Source: an uncultured Gammaproteobacteria bacterium (GTDB taxonomy: Bacteria; Patescibacteriota; Microgenomatia; Levybacterales; GWA1-39-11). Taken from it: a stretch of 64,000 bases of DNA. Where the stretch lies: NCBI GenBank assembly GCA_964448725.1, contig CAYVAJ010000004.1, positions 17,535 to 81,534 on the forward strand, in the 5' to 3' direction. This document shows, in pieces, positions 48,545 through 59,329 of the stretch (position 1 is its first letter; each line of letters begins with the position of its first letter). Under the pieces are notes generated by a model. The model had not been told where the DNA came from and searched no databases. It saw only the letters and a program-made list of their open reading frames with translations. Both the position numbers and the translations under genes were made by a program.

Positions 48545-48733
48545 TAAAGGGCATAAAAGAGAAATTAGGCAAAGCCTAGAGCTCCTTTACGCCCTACAGA
48601 CACTGTAACACACAAATATTTCCCAGACAATATATCAAAATGTAAGAATTTGCATGCAGTGTTACTCTTGCCTTTTTTATGCGTAAAAAAAATGAAAATT
48701 TACCATATATAGTGTACAATTGGAGTTATTCTT

Positions 48734-49897
48734 ATGCGATTTTTCCTAAATAAGTATTCCGCTATTATCTTTTCTTTTTTACTCATGTTTCATATTGGAA
48801 GCAGCAGTGCTCATGCGCTGTTCGATCCGCTCTCAAGACCAAATAACATGTATGGAATGCATATTTTGTTCGATCATGAGTTATCTGATGCTGCATCACT
48901 TATTAATTCAAACGGTGGTGAGTGGGGATATGTCACGATTCCGATCCAGATGGGAGATTATGATCTGCAAAAATGGCAGCATTTCATGGATGACGCGCGT
49001 TCAAAAAAACTTATTCCTCTCGTACGCCTCATGACTGACCCTTATTGGGCAAATACCCATGTATGGCGCAAGCCAAAAACAATGGATATTATAGATATGG
49101 CAAATTTTCTTAACTCTCTCAATTGGCCGATAGAAAATAGATATATCATCGTTTTTAACGAAATGAACCGTTATGACGAGTGGGGCGGTGAATATCCAAA
49201 TCCAGAGGAATACGCAGATATTCTAGATACAACAATCTCAGTTTTTAAAGAACGTAATCAGGACTTTTACATGATTATGGGAGGGCTGGATAACGCAGCA
49301 CCAAATGACAGTCAACATATGTCCTCATTTACATACCTAGAACGTATGGCAAGATATAAGCCTGAAGTTTTTAAGAGAATAGATGGGTTTTCAAGTCACT
49401 CGTATCCTAATCCAGGTTTTTCACAACCGCCATCTAGTACAGATAGAATGGGAACTGCGACATATAAATTCGAGTATGAATTTATTTCACAGGTAGCAGG
49501 AAGTAAAAAACCAGTATTTATTACTGAAACAGGATGGGATGCACAAAAAGTATCTGAAGAAACCATTGCGCAGTATTATCAACAAACATTCACAGAAATA
49601 TGGGGGCAAGACGCAGATAAAATCGTTGCTGTTACACCATTTTTATTAAAGTCACATGGAGGATTTAACCAGTTTGCCTTTTACAAAAATGGAGAAAGAA
49701 CAAAATATTACGATGTCTTTTTTAATCAAAAAAAAATTGCAGGTACTCCGATCATTCAACATAGTCAGCTTACAGCACAGCTGCCAATATTACCTGAAAT
49801 AAAAGGAATAGATTCACATATTGCACAAGAAGTATCATCTCCATTGGAGATGTCAACGCCGTTAAAAGAGTATTTTAAGACAATACTTGGCATATAA
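48734..49897 (+). CDS. Secreted putative glycoside hydrolase (clan GH-A-like barrel)
   Basis: Signal peptide; FNEMN (acid/base position), SSHSYP, FITETGW (nucleophile position). Confidence 0.7.
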   Translation: MRFFLNKYSAIIFSFLLMFHIGSSSAHALFDPLSRPNNMYGMHILFDHELSDAASLINSNGGEWGYVTIPIQMGDYDLQKWQHFMDDARSKKLIPLVRLMTDPYWANTHVWRKPKTMDIIDMANFLNSLNWPIENRYIIVFNEMNRYDEWGGEYPNPEEYADILDTTISVFKERNQDFYMIMGGLDNAAPNDSQHMSSFTYLERMARYKPEVFKRIDGFSSHSYPNPGFSQPPSSTDRMGTATYKFEYEFISQVAGSKKPVFITETGWDAQKVSEETIAQYYQQTFTEIWGQDADKIVAVTPFLLKSHGGFNQFAFYKNGERTKYYDVFFNQKKIAGTPIIQHSQLTAQLPILPEIKGIDSHIAQEVSSPLEMSTPLKEYFKTILGI

Positions 49898-49929
49898 CCA
49901 AATTATTCATATTACTGTATAACTAATCA

Positions 49930-50340
49930 ATGGCTCGAAGAAAAACTACCACAGTACGTTTAGAATGGATGGAAGATCCGGACATTCAAATACAGATAAA
50001 TCATCTGATTCATACACTTGAGTTAACACACCTGCGTGCTGATAGAATTTTGTGTTACAGAACTACTGGATCATCTGCCCGTGCGTATGCCCGTATATGG
50101 TCCTTTCCAAAAATTTTCCAGCATGCACTGCACTTAGAACCTGCATATGTGATTGAGGTGATATCAGAAAAATATGATCGTCTACCCGACGATAAAAAAT
50201 TGCAAGTATTAATTCATGAGCTGCTTCACATTCCTAAAAATTTTTCAGGAAGTCTTCTCCCACATAAATTTGGTAAAACTACGATTGACAGAGAAGTCGC
50301 ACGGTTATACAAAGAGTTTAGGGAAAGGAGTAAAAAATAG
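49930..50340 (+). CDS. Putative small metallopeptidase
   Basis: AYARIW...YVIEV...HELLHIP..FSGSL.PH. Confidence 0.8.
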   Translation: MARRKTTTVRLEWMEDPDIQIQINHLIHTLELTHLRADRILCYRTTGSSARAYARIWSFPKIFQHALHLEPAYVIEVISEKYDRLPDDKKLQVLIHELLHIPKNFSGSLLPHKFGKTTIDREVARLYKEFRERSKK

Positions 50341-50398
50341 TTCACTGTTCACAGTTCACGGTATAATGGTTAATAAGCTATTGCTGTGAACTTGCATT

Positions 50399-51082
50399 AT
50401 GTACATCATTCACGGAGAAAATACAGGAGAGTCACGAAAAAAGCTTGATGAGATCCTCGCAGGCAAAACAAATATAAAGAGAGTCGATGGAAAAAAACTG
50501 CGTGAGGATGAGATCCAGATGCTCTTTGCAGCAACAGAGTTATTTGCACAAGAAAAAGTAATAGTAATAGAAAATTGCAAAGGACTTACAAAACCAATTT
50601 TGACATCACTTCTTTCTGCGTATCCCACTTCAGAAGCAGAACTTATTCTCTGGCAAGACGGAAATTATGATGCACGACTTATTAAAAAGTTTAACGATGC
50701 CAAAGTATTTGCATTTCCGTTGCCAAAATATTACTTTGTCTTTTTAGACAATCTTATGCCCAAAAAAGGAAATCAACTCCACGAAACATATCAAAAATTA
50801 CTTGAATCATTTGTACCTGAACAAATATTTTTTTCTTTGATAAAACGAGTGAGACAGTTATTAATTATCAAAACTGCTAATATGAACGAATTTGAAGAGT
50901 TTGCCAAAATGAATTCATGGCAGCGAAATAAGCTAGAGGCACAGGCACGAGCGTGGAGTGAACAATCACTCAAATCATTTTATGCCTCGCTATATAGAAC
51001 AGAAACAGCACTTAAGACAAGCAACATCCCTACAAATCTTGGAAAGCATATTGACATTCTATTGCTCACTGAGTTACATTAG
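50399..51082 (+). CDS. holA: DNA polymerase III delta subunit, reduced form
   Basis: IIHGEN...LF...KVIVIEN; C-terminal WQ..KL..QA..W...L...E..LKT pattern. Confidence 0.65.
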   Translation: MYIIHGENTGESRKKLDEILAGKTNIKRVDGKKLREDEIQMLFAATELFAQEKVIVIENCKGLTKPILTSLLSAYPTSEAELILWQDGNYDARLIKKFNDAKVFAFPLPKYYFVFLDNLMPKKGNQLHETYQKLLESFVPEQIFFSLIKRVRQLLIIKTANMNEFEEFAKMNSWQRNKLEAQARAWSEQSLKSFYASLYRTETALKTSNIPTNLGKHIDILLLTELH

Positions 51083-51092
51083 ATGGAGTTTC

Positions 51093-52490
51093 ATGAACAT
51101 CCCATCACATATCTTCAAAAGTTACGATATTCGCGGAATATATCCTGATGAAATCAGCGAAGAAAACTTTGCAGGAATAATAACGGCAATCTATATCTTT
51201 TTTACAAAAAAACTTGGTAAAGACCGTGTTCAAGTTGCTCTTGGTCATGACATGCGGCTTTCATCTCCTGCGTTACATAAGATTGCACGAGACACACTCG
51301 TGAATTGTGGAGCAGATGTCGTTGATCTTGGACTCGTTTCTACACCCACATTTTACTACGCAGTCTCAAATTACAATTATGAAACAGGTATAGAGATTAC
51401 TGCTTCTCATAATCCAAAAAATTATAATGGAATTAAATATGTGATTAGAGGAGAGAATGGATTAATTAAAATTGGTAAACCAACTGGTATGGAGGAAGTA
51501 AAGAATCTTGCACTTGAAGGTGTATCACACGAAGCAAATGAAAAAGGTTCTGTCACTGAAAAGCAGTCAATTATTGCTGATGAAGTAAAGAGCGCAATTG
51601 AAGCATTTGGCAATCCTCAGCTTAAAAGTTTCAAGATAATTGCAGATCCAGCTAACGCAATGGGTATTACCTATCTTGAGGAATTAGAAAAAGCTATTCC
51701 TATGGATTTAGAAAAAATGAATTTTACGCTTGATGGAAGTTTTCCAGTACACCAACCAGACCCTATGCAGCCAGAGAACTTAGCTGACATTCAAAATAAA
51801 ATGCGAGAAGGACAGTTTGATATAGGATTAGCACCAGATGGTGATGGTGACAGGCTATATATCTTGGATGAAAAAGGAGAAGTTGTTCGGCCGTCTGTCA
51901 TTACCAGTATGCTGGCAAAAGAGTTATTTAAACAATACCCTGATAGAAAAGTTGTAGTAGATCAAAAATATATTCTCACTGCACAAAAAAATATTGAATC
52001 AATGGGCGGGGAAGTTATTCCGACTAAGACTGGTCATGCATTTATAACCGAAGAGTTAAATAATTCAGGGGCACTTTTTGCAGGAGAAGCATCAGCACAT
52101 TATTACTATAAATTTACTGGAAATGCTGAATCACAAGTAATGACTATTATTGGCGTACTCAAAATAATGTCAGAGGAAAACAAGCCATTATCTGAAATAG
52201 CAGCTGAATTTATTCACAGTGTTGAAACCGGAGAAATTAACTTTGAAGTCGAAAATGCACAAGAAATTCTTGATACGGTAAAAAATCAATATCAAGATGC
52301 AGAACTCTCAACTATGGATGGTATTACCTTAAGTTATCCAGATATGCGCATTTCTCTTCGCAGTTCAAATACAGAACCCTTACTTCGACTGAATATTGAA
52401 GGACTGGACAATGAAAAAGTAGAAGAAGTAAAAAATAATGTTATTTCTATCATTACGAATGCAGGAGGTCGTACTCCAAGCGGGCACTAA
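51093..52490 (+). CDS. Phosphomannomutase/phosphoglucomutase
   Basis: FKSYDIRG, TASHNP, DGDGDR, GEASAH, R.SNTEPLLRLN. Confidence 0.96.
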   Translation: MNIPSHIFKSYDIRGIYPDEISEENFAGIITAIYIFFTKKLGKDRVQVALGHDMRLSSPALHKIARDTLVNCGADVVDLGLVSTPTFYYAVSNYNYETGIEITASHNPKNYNGIKYVIRGENGLIKIGKPTGMEEVKNLALEGVSHEANEKGSVTEKQSIIADEVKSAIEAFGNPQLKSFKIIADPANAMGITYLEELEKAIPMDLEKMNFTLDGSFPVHQPDPMQPENLADIQNKMREGQFDIGLAPDGDGDRLYILDEKGEVVRPSVITSMLAKELFKQYPDRKVVVDQKYILTAQKNIESMGGEVIPTKTGHAFITEELNNSGALFAGEASAHYYYKFTGNAESQVMTIIGVLKIMSEENKPLSEIAAEFIHSVETGEINFEVENAQEILDTVKNQYQDAELSTMDGITLSYPDMRISLRSSNTEPLLRLNIEGLDNEKVEEVKNNVISIITNAGGRTPSGH

Positions 52491-52492
52491 TT

Positions 52493-52936
52493 ATGGCAGA
52501 TCAAGATTATTCTTCGTTTAAAAAAGCACCATTTTCAAATGACTCATATGTGCGAAAAATCGATAAACCATGGGGATGGGAAATTCATTGGACTCCTGAT
52601 AATCTGCCGTATATGGGAAAAGTGCTACATGTAAATGCAGGAAAAAAACTATCATTGCAAGTACATGATCAAAAGCAGGAGTCATGGTTCTTAATCAATG
52701 GGCGTGCAAAAGCGCTGTGGGACAATGATGCAGGAGAGTTAATAGAGACAGAACTTGAACCAGGCAAAGGATATACACTGCAGGTAGGACAACGCCATCG
52801 GCTGATCGGTATTACTGATTGTGATGTGGTTGAAGTTTCAACTCCTGAAATTGGTACGACATTTAGACTTGAAGATGACTACAAACGACCTGATGAAACA
52901 GAAGAAGTAAGAGCAAAAGATAGAGGATTGGTGTAA
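52493..52936 (+). CDS. Cupin protein (mannose-6-phosphate isomerase type II-like)
   Basis: KPWG.E, LSLQVH..KQESW, HRL, EVSTPE, RLEDDY. Confidence 0.85.
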   Translation: MADQDYSSFKKAPFSNDSYVRKIDKPWGWEIHWTPDNLPYMGKVLHVNAGKKLSLQVHDQKQESWFLINGRAKALWDNDAGELIETELEPGKGYTLQVGQRHRLIGITDCDVVEVSTPEIGTTFRLEDDYKRPDETEEVRAKDRGLV

Positions 52937-53033
52937 GTAATTGTTAGATTGTTCTCTTGTTCAATTGCTGGGTAAAATACAATTTTAGATTATTAACAAT
53001 ATAACAATTTAACAATACAGCAATAAATTTTCC

Positions 53034-54077
53034 ATGAAAAACTTCAATGATTTAGAGGCAATACAAAAAATAGATCCACAAGATACGCTTGGTTCAACAG
53101 AGCTTGCAGTAAAACAATTTGAGACAGCGTGGCAAGAAATCCAGTCAATTCAGATTACTGAGGATTACAGCGGCGTTAAAGCAGTAGTATTTTGTGGAAT
53201 GGGTGCTTCAATCTATGGTGCGTTAGTAGTAAAAGCACTTGAAGGCGCAAATTTTGCATATCCTACAGAAATTGTTACTGATTACCATCTTCCTTCATAT
53301 GTTGACGCAAATACACTCATAGTACTTACCAGTTACTCAGGCAGTACTGAAGAAGTCCTATCTTGTGCTAAAGAAGCACAGGAAATGGGTGCAAAAATGG
53401 TAGTGTTGACCAAAGGAGGAAAACTAGCACAGTTTGCACAGGAGAATAATGTTCCATCATATATATTTGATGGAAAAATGAATCCTGCAGGGGTTCCAAG
53501 ACTTGGCAATGGATATTCAATTTTTGGTTTGCTTGGACTATTGCACAAAATTGGCATTATAACGCTTGACTTATCGGTAATAGAAAAGGCTATTTCCTAT
53601 GGACAGGAAAATCAATCAAGGATAAAAGAACAGGCACAAGCAGATGTACAAAAATTTGCTGATACAATTCCGGTTATATTTGCCGCAGAGCATTTATCAG
53701 GAAATGCACAAATTTTACGAAATCAGTTCAATGAGACAAGTAAGACATTTTCAGCATACTACTTAGTTCCAGATCTCAATCATCATTTGATGGAAGGTCT
53801 CGCATTTCCAAAAGACATGCCTGTCACATTTTTTATACTGAATAGTAACAATTACTCAGACAAAATTAAAAAGCGTATGGAGTTAACTGTTGATGTAGTA
53901 CGACAAAATAATGGAACAGTTGTTGAATATACGGCAAACGGTTCAAATGTATTTCAGGATTTTGTAGAAGTACTCCTGTACGGAAGTTATCTTACGCTGT
54001 ATCTAGGACTTTATTACGATCAAAACCCTGCAATTAACCCTTGGGTAGACTACTTCAAAGATAAACTATCACAATAG
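53034..54077 (+). CDS. Bifunctional phosphoglucose/phosphomannose isomerase (SIS)
   Basis: GMGAS, SYSGSTEE, GGKL, PR, NETSK, PDLNHH. Confidence 0.88.
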   Translation: MKNFNDLEAIQKIDPQDTLGSTELAVKQFETAWQEIQSIQITEDYSGVKAVVFCGMGASIYGALVVKALEGANFAYPTEIVTDYHLPSYVDANTLIVLTSYSGSTEEVLSCAKEAQEMGAKMVVLTKGGKLAQFAQENNVPSYIFDGKMNPAGVPRLGNGYSIFGLLGLLHKIGIITLDLSVIEKAISYGQENQSRIKEQAQADVQKFADTIPVIFAAEHLSGNAQILRNQFNETSKTFSAYYLVPDLNHHLMEGLAFPKDMPVTFFILNSNNYSDKIKKRMELTVDVVRQNNGTVVEYTANGSNVFQDFVEVLLYGSYLTLYLGLYYDQNPAINPWVDYFKDKLSQ

Positions 54078-54258
54078 ATCGCACCTATAGTAGGATATTG
54101 ATTACTTATTATTGATTATTGGATATTTTAAATTACTCTTACACCTTATGCCCTAAACCTAAAAACCTAATCTATAGTCCCCAATCAATAATCTACAATC
54201 AATAGAATATAATCTCCAGGGCTTGATTTTTTGTTATCAATTTGACCATACTAACAGT

Positions 54259-56523
54259 ATGGTACGACCTTCAGATTTTGTAGTGTGGTTAGAAGATGTC
54301 GATAGAGAAGATACTCCACTTATCGGTGAGAAAGCAGCAAATCTTGGCGAGATGATACAGGCGGGTTTTCCAGTTCCTGCTGGTTTTGCCATTACAACCA
54401 CTGCCTACACTCAGTTTTTACGCACTAACAAGCTTGAGAAACCAATCCTGCATCTCTTAAACACAATAAATTATAATGACCCTAACTCTATCAGACAGGT
54501 ATCTGCCCATATTAAAAAGTTAATTACGCATGCATCGCTCCCAGATGAGTTAAATAAACGTATTTTTGATTACTATGAAAGAATAGACAGAAGAAATACT
54601 GCTCCTCCAGTTGCGATTCGTTCATCAGTAATCTTTGGAAGCACCAATGTCGTACCAGTTGACCAACAAACATTCTTGAATGTGCATGGAGAAGCATCAG
54701 TGCTACACATGATCCGAGAAGCGTGGGCAGGACTTTTTGATACACAAGCAATTTCCTATTATCATCACAATCGAGTCGATCACCTGAAGACAAAAATATC
54801 ACTTGTTGTACAGAAGATGGTTGAATCAGAAACAAGTGGTGTTATCTTTACAAGAGATCCAGTAACAAACAACAAAAATACGATTGTAATCGAAGCAATA
54901 TATGGACTAGGAGAGCTTGCTGTACAAGGAAAAGTAACTCCTGATCAGTATAAGGTTGATAAAAAAGATCTCACAATTTATGAGAAAAATATTGCTGACC
55001 AAAAAGAGATGCTTGTGAAAGCGAGAACACAAAACAAGCAAATATCAGTACCCCGCAAGCTTATCAACAAGCAGAAGATAACAGATGATGATATTCTAAC
55101 GCTTGCAAACTATGCAAAAAAACTGGAAAAACAGTATTACTTTCCGCAAGACAGTGAATGGGCAAAGGAGAGTGGAAAAATTTTTATTGTACAGACCCGT
55201 CCTCTTACAACATCCCCAGTATCTCAAACTGCCAAGTCTGGTTCATCAAAATTATCAGTAACACAAGCGCGAGTAAAACCCTTGCTTGTTGGGGATGGAG
55301 TAAGTCCGGGGATTGCAATTGGTTCGGTTCGAATTGTGAAGTCTTCCAAAGATCTTGGAAAAGTAAAAAGAGGTGATATTCTTGTGACTGATTTTACTAC
55401 TGCAGAATTTTTACCTGCAATGCGTAGGGCCGCAGGTATTGTATCCCAAAAGGGTGGACGAACATCCCATACTGCAATGACTTCACGGCAGCTAGGTATT
55501 CCTGCAATAGTCGGTGCCTCTCATGCGCTGAGAATATTGAAAGATGGGATGATAGTAACTATCCAAGGAAAAACAGGCGAAATAATGCAAGGAAGTTTAA
55601 AAAATGAGAAAACATTTTCTCGTACTGTTCATCATGAACTTCCTACCAATACATCTGTCTTAGCATCTTTGGTTGATTCTCAGAATGTTGAAAAAACTGC
55701 ATTATTACCGTTTGACGGAGTTGGTCTCTTACACGCTGAGGAAATTATTTCAGATCTCGGTATACATCCGAAAAAATTACTCCATGAAAGAAAAGGTAAT
55801 GAATATGTCATGAATCTTGCTGAAGGAATTGGCAGAGTATGTAAAGCATTTTATCCTCGTCCAGTTATATTTCGCACAACAGATTTTACGACTGATGAAT
55901 ACCGAAGTCTGATCGGCGGAAAAGAATTTGAACCGCAAGAACCAAATCCTTCATTAGGGTATCGTGGTGCGTATCGTTACATAAGTGATCCTCGAGTGTT
56001 TGAGTTAGAACTCCGTGCTATCCAGAGGGTACGGGAAAAAATGGGCTTCAATAACCTCCAATTGATGGTACCATTTGTTCGTACTGTCCGTGAGCTTGAA
56101 CATGTTAAAAAAGCGATAAATGCAACAGGCATGAGGCGTAGCAGCACTTTTAAATTGTTTATGATGTGTGAAATTCCTTCTAATGTTATATTGATGGAGG
56201 ACTATTTACGTGTTGGGATTGATGGAGTATCAATTGGTTTAGATGATTTAACAACCTTATTACTTGGAACTGATAAAAATAATGATGAGATTTCACAAGA
56301 GTTTGATGAACGTAATCCTGCAGTGTTATGGGCACTTGAACAAGTAATACGTACGTGCGTTAGGCGCGAAGTTCCAGTCTCTATCTGCGGTACAGCACCA
56401 TCACGCTATCCCGATTTTGTTGAAAAACTGATAGAATGGGGAATAAATAGTATTACGGTATCACCTGACGCAGTTGATATAACTCGTGAGTATATATATA
56501 AAGCTGAAAAGAAAAATATATGA
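54259..56523 (+). CDS. ppsA: Phosphoenolpyruvate synthase-like protein with several divergent motifs
   Basis: VQKMV...SGVIFT.DP, GGRTSHTA phospho-His, EPNPSLGYRG, MMCEIPSN. Confidence 0.85.
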   Translation: MVRPSDFVVWLEDVDREDTPLIGEKAANLGEMIQAGFPVPAGFAITTTAYTQFLRTNKLEKPILHLLNTINYNDPNSIRQVSAHIKKLITHASLPDELNKRIFDYYERIDRRNTAPPVAIRSSVIFGSTNVVPVDQQTFLNVHGEASVLHMIREAWAGLFDTQAISYYHHNRVDHLKTKISLVVQKMVESETSGVIFTRDPVTNNKNTIVIEAIYGLGELAVQGKVTPDQYKVDKKDLTIYEKNIADQKEMLVKARTQNKQISVPRKLINKQKITDDDILTLANYAKKLEKQYYFPQDSEWAKESGKIFIVQTRPLTTSPVSQTAKSGSSKLSVTQARVKPLLVGDGVSPGIAIGSVRIVKSSKDLGKVKRGDILVTDFTTAEFLPAMRRAAGIVSQKGGRTSHTAMTSRQLGIPAIVGASHALRILKDGMIVTIQGKTGEIMQGSLKNEKTFSRTVHHELPTNTSVLASLVDSQNVEKTALLPFDGVGLLHAEEIISDLGIHPKKLLHERKGNEYVMNLAEGIGRVCKAFYPRPVIFRTTDFTTDEYRSLIGGKEFEPQEPNPSLGYRGAYRYISDPRVFELELRAIQRVREKMGFNNLQLMVPFVRTVRELEHVKKAINATGMRRSSTFKLFMMCEIPSNVILMEDYLRVGIDGVSIGLDDLTTLLLGTDKNNDEISQEFDERNPAVLWALEQVIRTCVRREVPVSICGTAPSRYPDFVEKLIEWGINSITVSPDAVDITREYIYKAEKKNI

Positions 56524-57779
56524 AAAAAATCAAAGATATTGACGCAATGATGATATTTGATTCCCGAGGGAACCCAACAGTGAAAGCTGGAATACTTCTT
56601 GATGATGGAACAAGTACCACCGCAAGTGTTCCGAGCGGTGCATCAAAAGGGACTTATGAAGCAGTTGAGTTACGGGATGGAGAAGATGCATATGGAGGAT
56701 TAGGGGTAAATAAAGCGGTTGAGAATATTAAAAAAATTATTGCTCCTCAAATTATCGGAATGGATGTTCAACAAGTAACTGAGATTGATAGAAAGATGAT
56801 TGAGATTGACGGTACTGATAATAAAGCACAGCTGGGAGCAAATGCAATGCTTGCAGTGTCATATGCAGTGGTTCGTGCAGCTGCCGCAAGTCAAAATATG
56901 CCAGTGTATGCATTCATACGAAGCCTATTGTCAGATCCTCAGTCAGAGTACACATTACCTACACCGCTATTCAATATGATTGAAGGAGGGCAACATGCAG
57001 ATAATGGTCTGGATTTCCAAGAATATTTGATTGTACCTGCGACTAAAAAATCTTTCACTAAGAAAATGGAGCTAGGAGTATCTGTATACCATGCATTAAA
57101 AAAAATTCTTCAGGAAAAAAATATGTCAACATCCAGTGCTGATGAAGGAGGATTTGCACCTGAACTTGCCAGTAATGTAGATGCCTTGCTGTTGCTTAAA
57201 AATGCAATAGAACACGCACATTACAAATTTGCGCTTGATGCATTTTTAGGTATGGATATTGCGGCAAATCACTTTAAAGATACATCAAATTACAAACTTA
57301 TTGATCGTAATACTGCATACAAACCGGATGAACTTGTAGAGTACTATACGAGCATTGTCACTGATTACTCACTCTTATATATGGAAGATCCATTTGCAGA
57401 AGATGATATTGCGTCCTGGAAAACGCTTCATGAAAAAATAGCAAAAAATATAATGATCGTGGGTGATGATCTAACAGTCACAAATCCATATCGATTACAA
57501 CTTGCACTTGATAATAATACGATCAGCGGAATCATTATTAAGCCAAACCAGATAGGGACAGTAACAGAAGCAATCGCTGTGTCTGAAATGGCTCGTTTTA
57601 AAGATATGGAAATAGTTGTTTCACATAGAAGCGGTGAAACTACAGACAAATTTATTGCTGACTTTGCGGTGGGAGTTGGTGCTGATTATGTAAAGTTCGG
57701 TGCACCTGCTCACGAACGTGTAGCGAAATATAATCGGTTACTTGAAATTAATCACGAAATTAATCCTTCAGAGAAATAA
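56520..57779 (+). CDS. eno: Enolase
   Basis: DSRGNPTV, VPSGASKG, DEGGFAP, GDDL, KPNQIGT, SHRSGET. Confidence 0.96.
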   Translation: MKKIKDIDAMMIFDSRGNPTVKAGILLDDGTSTTASVPSGASKGTYEAVELRDGEDAYGGLGVNKAVENIKKIIAPQIIGMDVQQVTEIDRKMIEIDGTDNKAQLGANAMLAVSYAVVRAAAASQNMPVYAFIRSLLSDPQSEYTLPTPLFNMIEGGQHADNGLDFQEYLIVPATKKSFTKKMELGVSVYHALKKILQEKNMSTSSADEGGFAPELASNVDALLLLKNAIEHAHYKFALDAFLGMDIAANHFKDTSNYKLIDRNTAYKPDELVEYYTSIVTDYSLLYMEDPFAEDDIASWKTLHEKIAKNIMIVGDDLTVTNPYRLQLALDNNTISGIIIKPNQIGTVTEAIAVSEMARFKDMEIVVSHRSGETTDKFIADFAVGVGADYVKFGAPAHERVAKYNRLLEINHEINPSEK

Positions 57780-58455
57780 GTATGGTAAGCTCCCCCTTTG
57801 GAGGTTTTTGTGAATATTCTGAAATTATTTCTGATAGCAACCCTGTTTTGAACTCTTCGTGTATTTTTGTAAGCTCTCGTGCGATAGTAATTTTCCGATC
57901 TCCAAACACGTCTTGCAGTATTTCCAATGTATCAATAATGCGATGAGGAGATTCATAGAGAATGATTGTCGGTGAGAAATTTTTTGTAAATGATGTTTTG
58001 AGATGATCTAAATATTTTCGTTTTTTTGTGCGCTGTTTTGAGAGAAATCCTAGAAATAAAAAGGAATCACTGGGTAGACCACTTGCCGATAGTGCAGCAA
58101 TGCCAGCAGATGCTCCAGGTATTGGAGTGACAGGAATATGTTTTTTCCGTGCCTGTCGTACTAAAAGAAAGCCTGGATCTGAGACGAGTGGTGTACCGCT
58201 ATCAGAGACAAGACTTACAGTCGCACCGTTCTCAAGCTCATTGATGATTTCATAGAGAACTGTCTGTTCGTTGAATTCATTTAACGCACGCATTGGTTTT
58301 TTAATCTCATATTTATGAAGTAAATTTCCGGTAACTCGGGTATCCTCACAGACAATCAAGTCAGATTTACGTAATGTATCAAGCGCACGGAGAGTAATAT
58401 CCTGCATATTTCCAATAGGAGTTGCGACCACATACAAATGTCCTGATATATCCAT
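57760..58455 (-). CDS. rsmI: 16S rRNA C1402 2'-O-methyltransferase
   Basis: LYVVATPIGN, CEDTR, SDSGTPLVSDPG, YESPHR, RELTKIHEE. Confidence 0.96.
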   Translation of the reverse strand: MDISGHLYVVATPIGNMQDITLRALDTLRKSDLIVCEDTRVTGNLLHKYEIKKPMRALNEFNEQTVLYEIINELENGATVSLVSDSGTPLVSDPGFLLVRQARKKHIPVTPIPGASAGIAALSASGLPSDSFLFLGFLSKQRTKKRKYLDHLKTSFTKNFSPTIILYESPHRIIDTLEILQDVFGDRKITIARELTKIHEEFKTGLLSEIISEYSQKPPKGELTILISLKD

Positions 58456-58480
58456 ACTGATGATTATACAATAGAGAGGA

Positions 58481-59134
58481 TTACTGAGCAGTGCGGAAGC
58501 GTCGAACTAACCCGACGCATATTCCTTGTATCCGCAGGGACTTAGGGTAAATAGGTTCCATAGCAGCGTTTGCGGGTTTTAAGACTACTTGTTCTCCTTC
58601 TTTATAAAACCGCTTTAATGTCGCAAGTCCTTCATCAACAAGTGCTACCACAATATCACCATTTTTTGCAACTTCTGTTTTCTCTATTACGACATAATCT
58701 CCGTCTAAAATCCCATCTTCGATCATAGAGCTTCCTTTCACTTCAAGCACATAGGATGGCTTGCGGCCACTGATCATACTTGATGCTACATCAAATGTTG
58801 CTTCAGGGTCTGTGTGAGGCTCTAGAGGTCTTCCAGCTGCAATAAAACCCAGTAAAGGAAGTGACATTGTTGGACCGTTTGCTTTAGACATTGGCCCTAC
58901 AAGATTACCCAAAGATTCTTTCTGCAGGATTTTAAGCGTACGATTATTTCCTTCAACTTTTTGAATATACCCTTTATCAACCATAGATCGAATGAGAGCA
59001 TGGATAGTTGAGACACTGCGGCGATTGAGTGCATCTGCCATTTCCCGAAGTGTTGGAGAATAACCATGTTGTTCCTGGTATTGGATGAGGTAATTTAATA
59101 GTTCGCGTTCTTTTTTGTAGAGTACTGCTGGCAT
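58481..59134 (-). CDS. lexA: SOS repressor LexA
   Basis: HTH SPTLREMA; IAAG cleavage site; VKGSSM (Ser) and TLKRF (Lys). Confidence 0.96.
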   Translation of the reverse strand: MPAVLYKKERELLNYLIQYQEQHGYSPTLREMADALNRRSVSTIHALIRSMVDKGYIQKVEGNNRTLKILQKESLGNLVGPMSKANGPTMSLPLLGFIAAGRPLEPHTDPEATFDVASSMISGRKPSYVLEVKGSSMIEDGILDGDYVVIEKTEVAKNGDIVVALVDEGLATLKRFYKEGEQVVLKPANAAMEPIYPKSLRIQGICVGLVRRFRTAQ

Positions 59135-59228
59135 AGGTATGAATAGTTGCTACTTATAATTTATTACGTATTATTTATTATTGATGATCTATAATTAAAT
59201 TATTAAAATCATCTATGTAAAAAATATA

Positions 59229-59243
59229 CGAAATATCCTCGAA
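59229..59243 (-). promoter_or_regulatory. Candidate LexA box TTCG-N7-TTCG in the lexA/uvrB divergent promoter
   Basis: CGAA at 59229 and 59240 (11-bp period). Confidence 0.5.
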
Positions 59244-59329
59244 TTATTCAATATGACATACTATAACAAAGTATAGAAGAATCCCAAAATATGCAAAAAT
59301 TATCACTCTGTATGGTAGAATGATAGACG

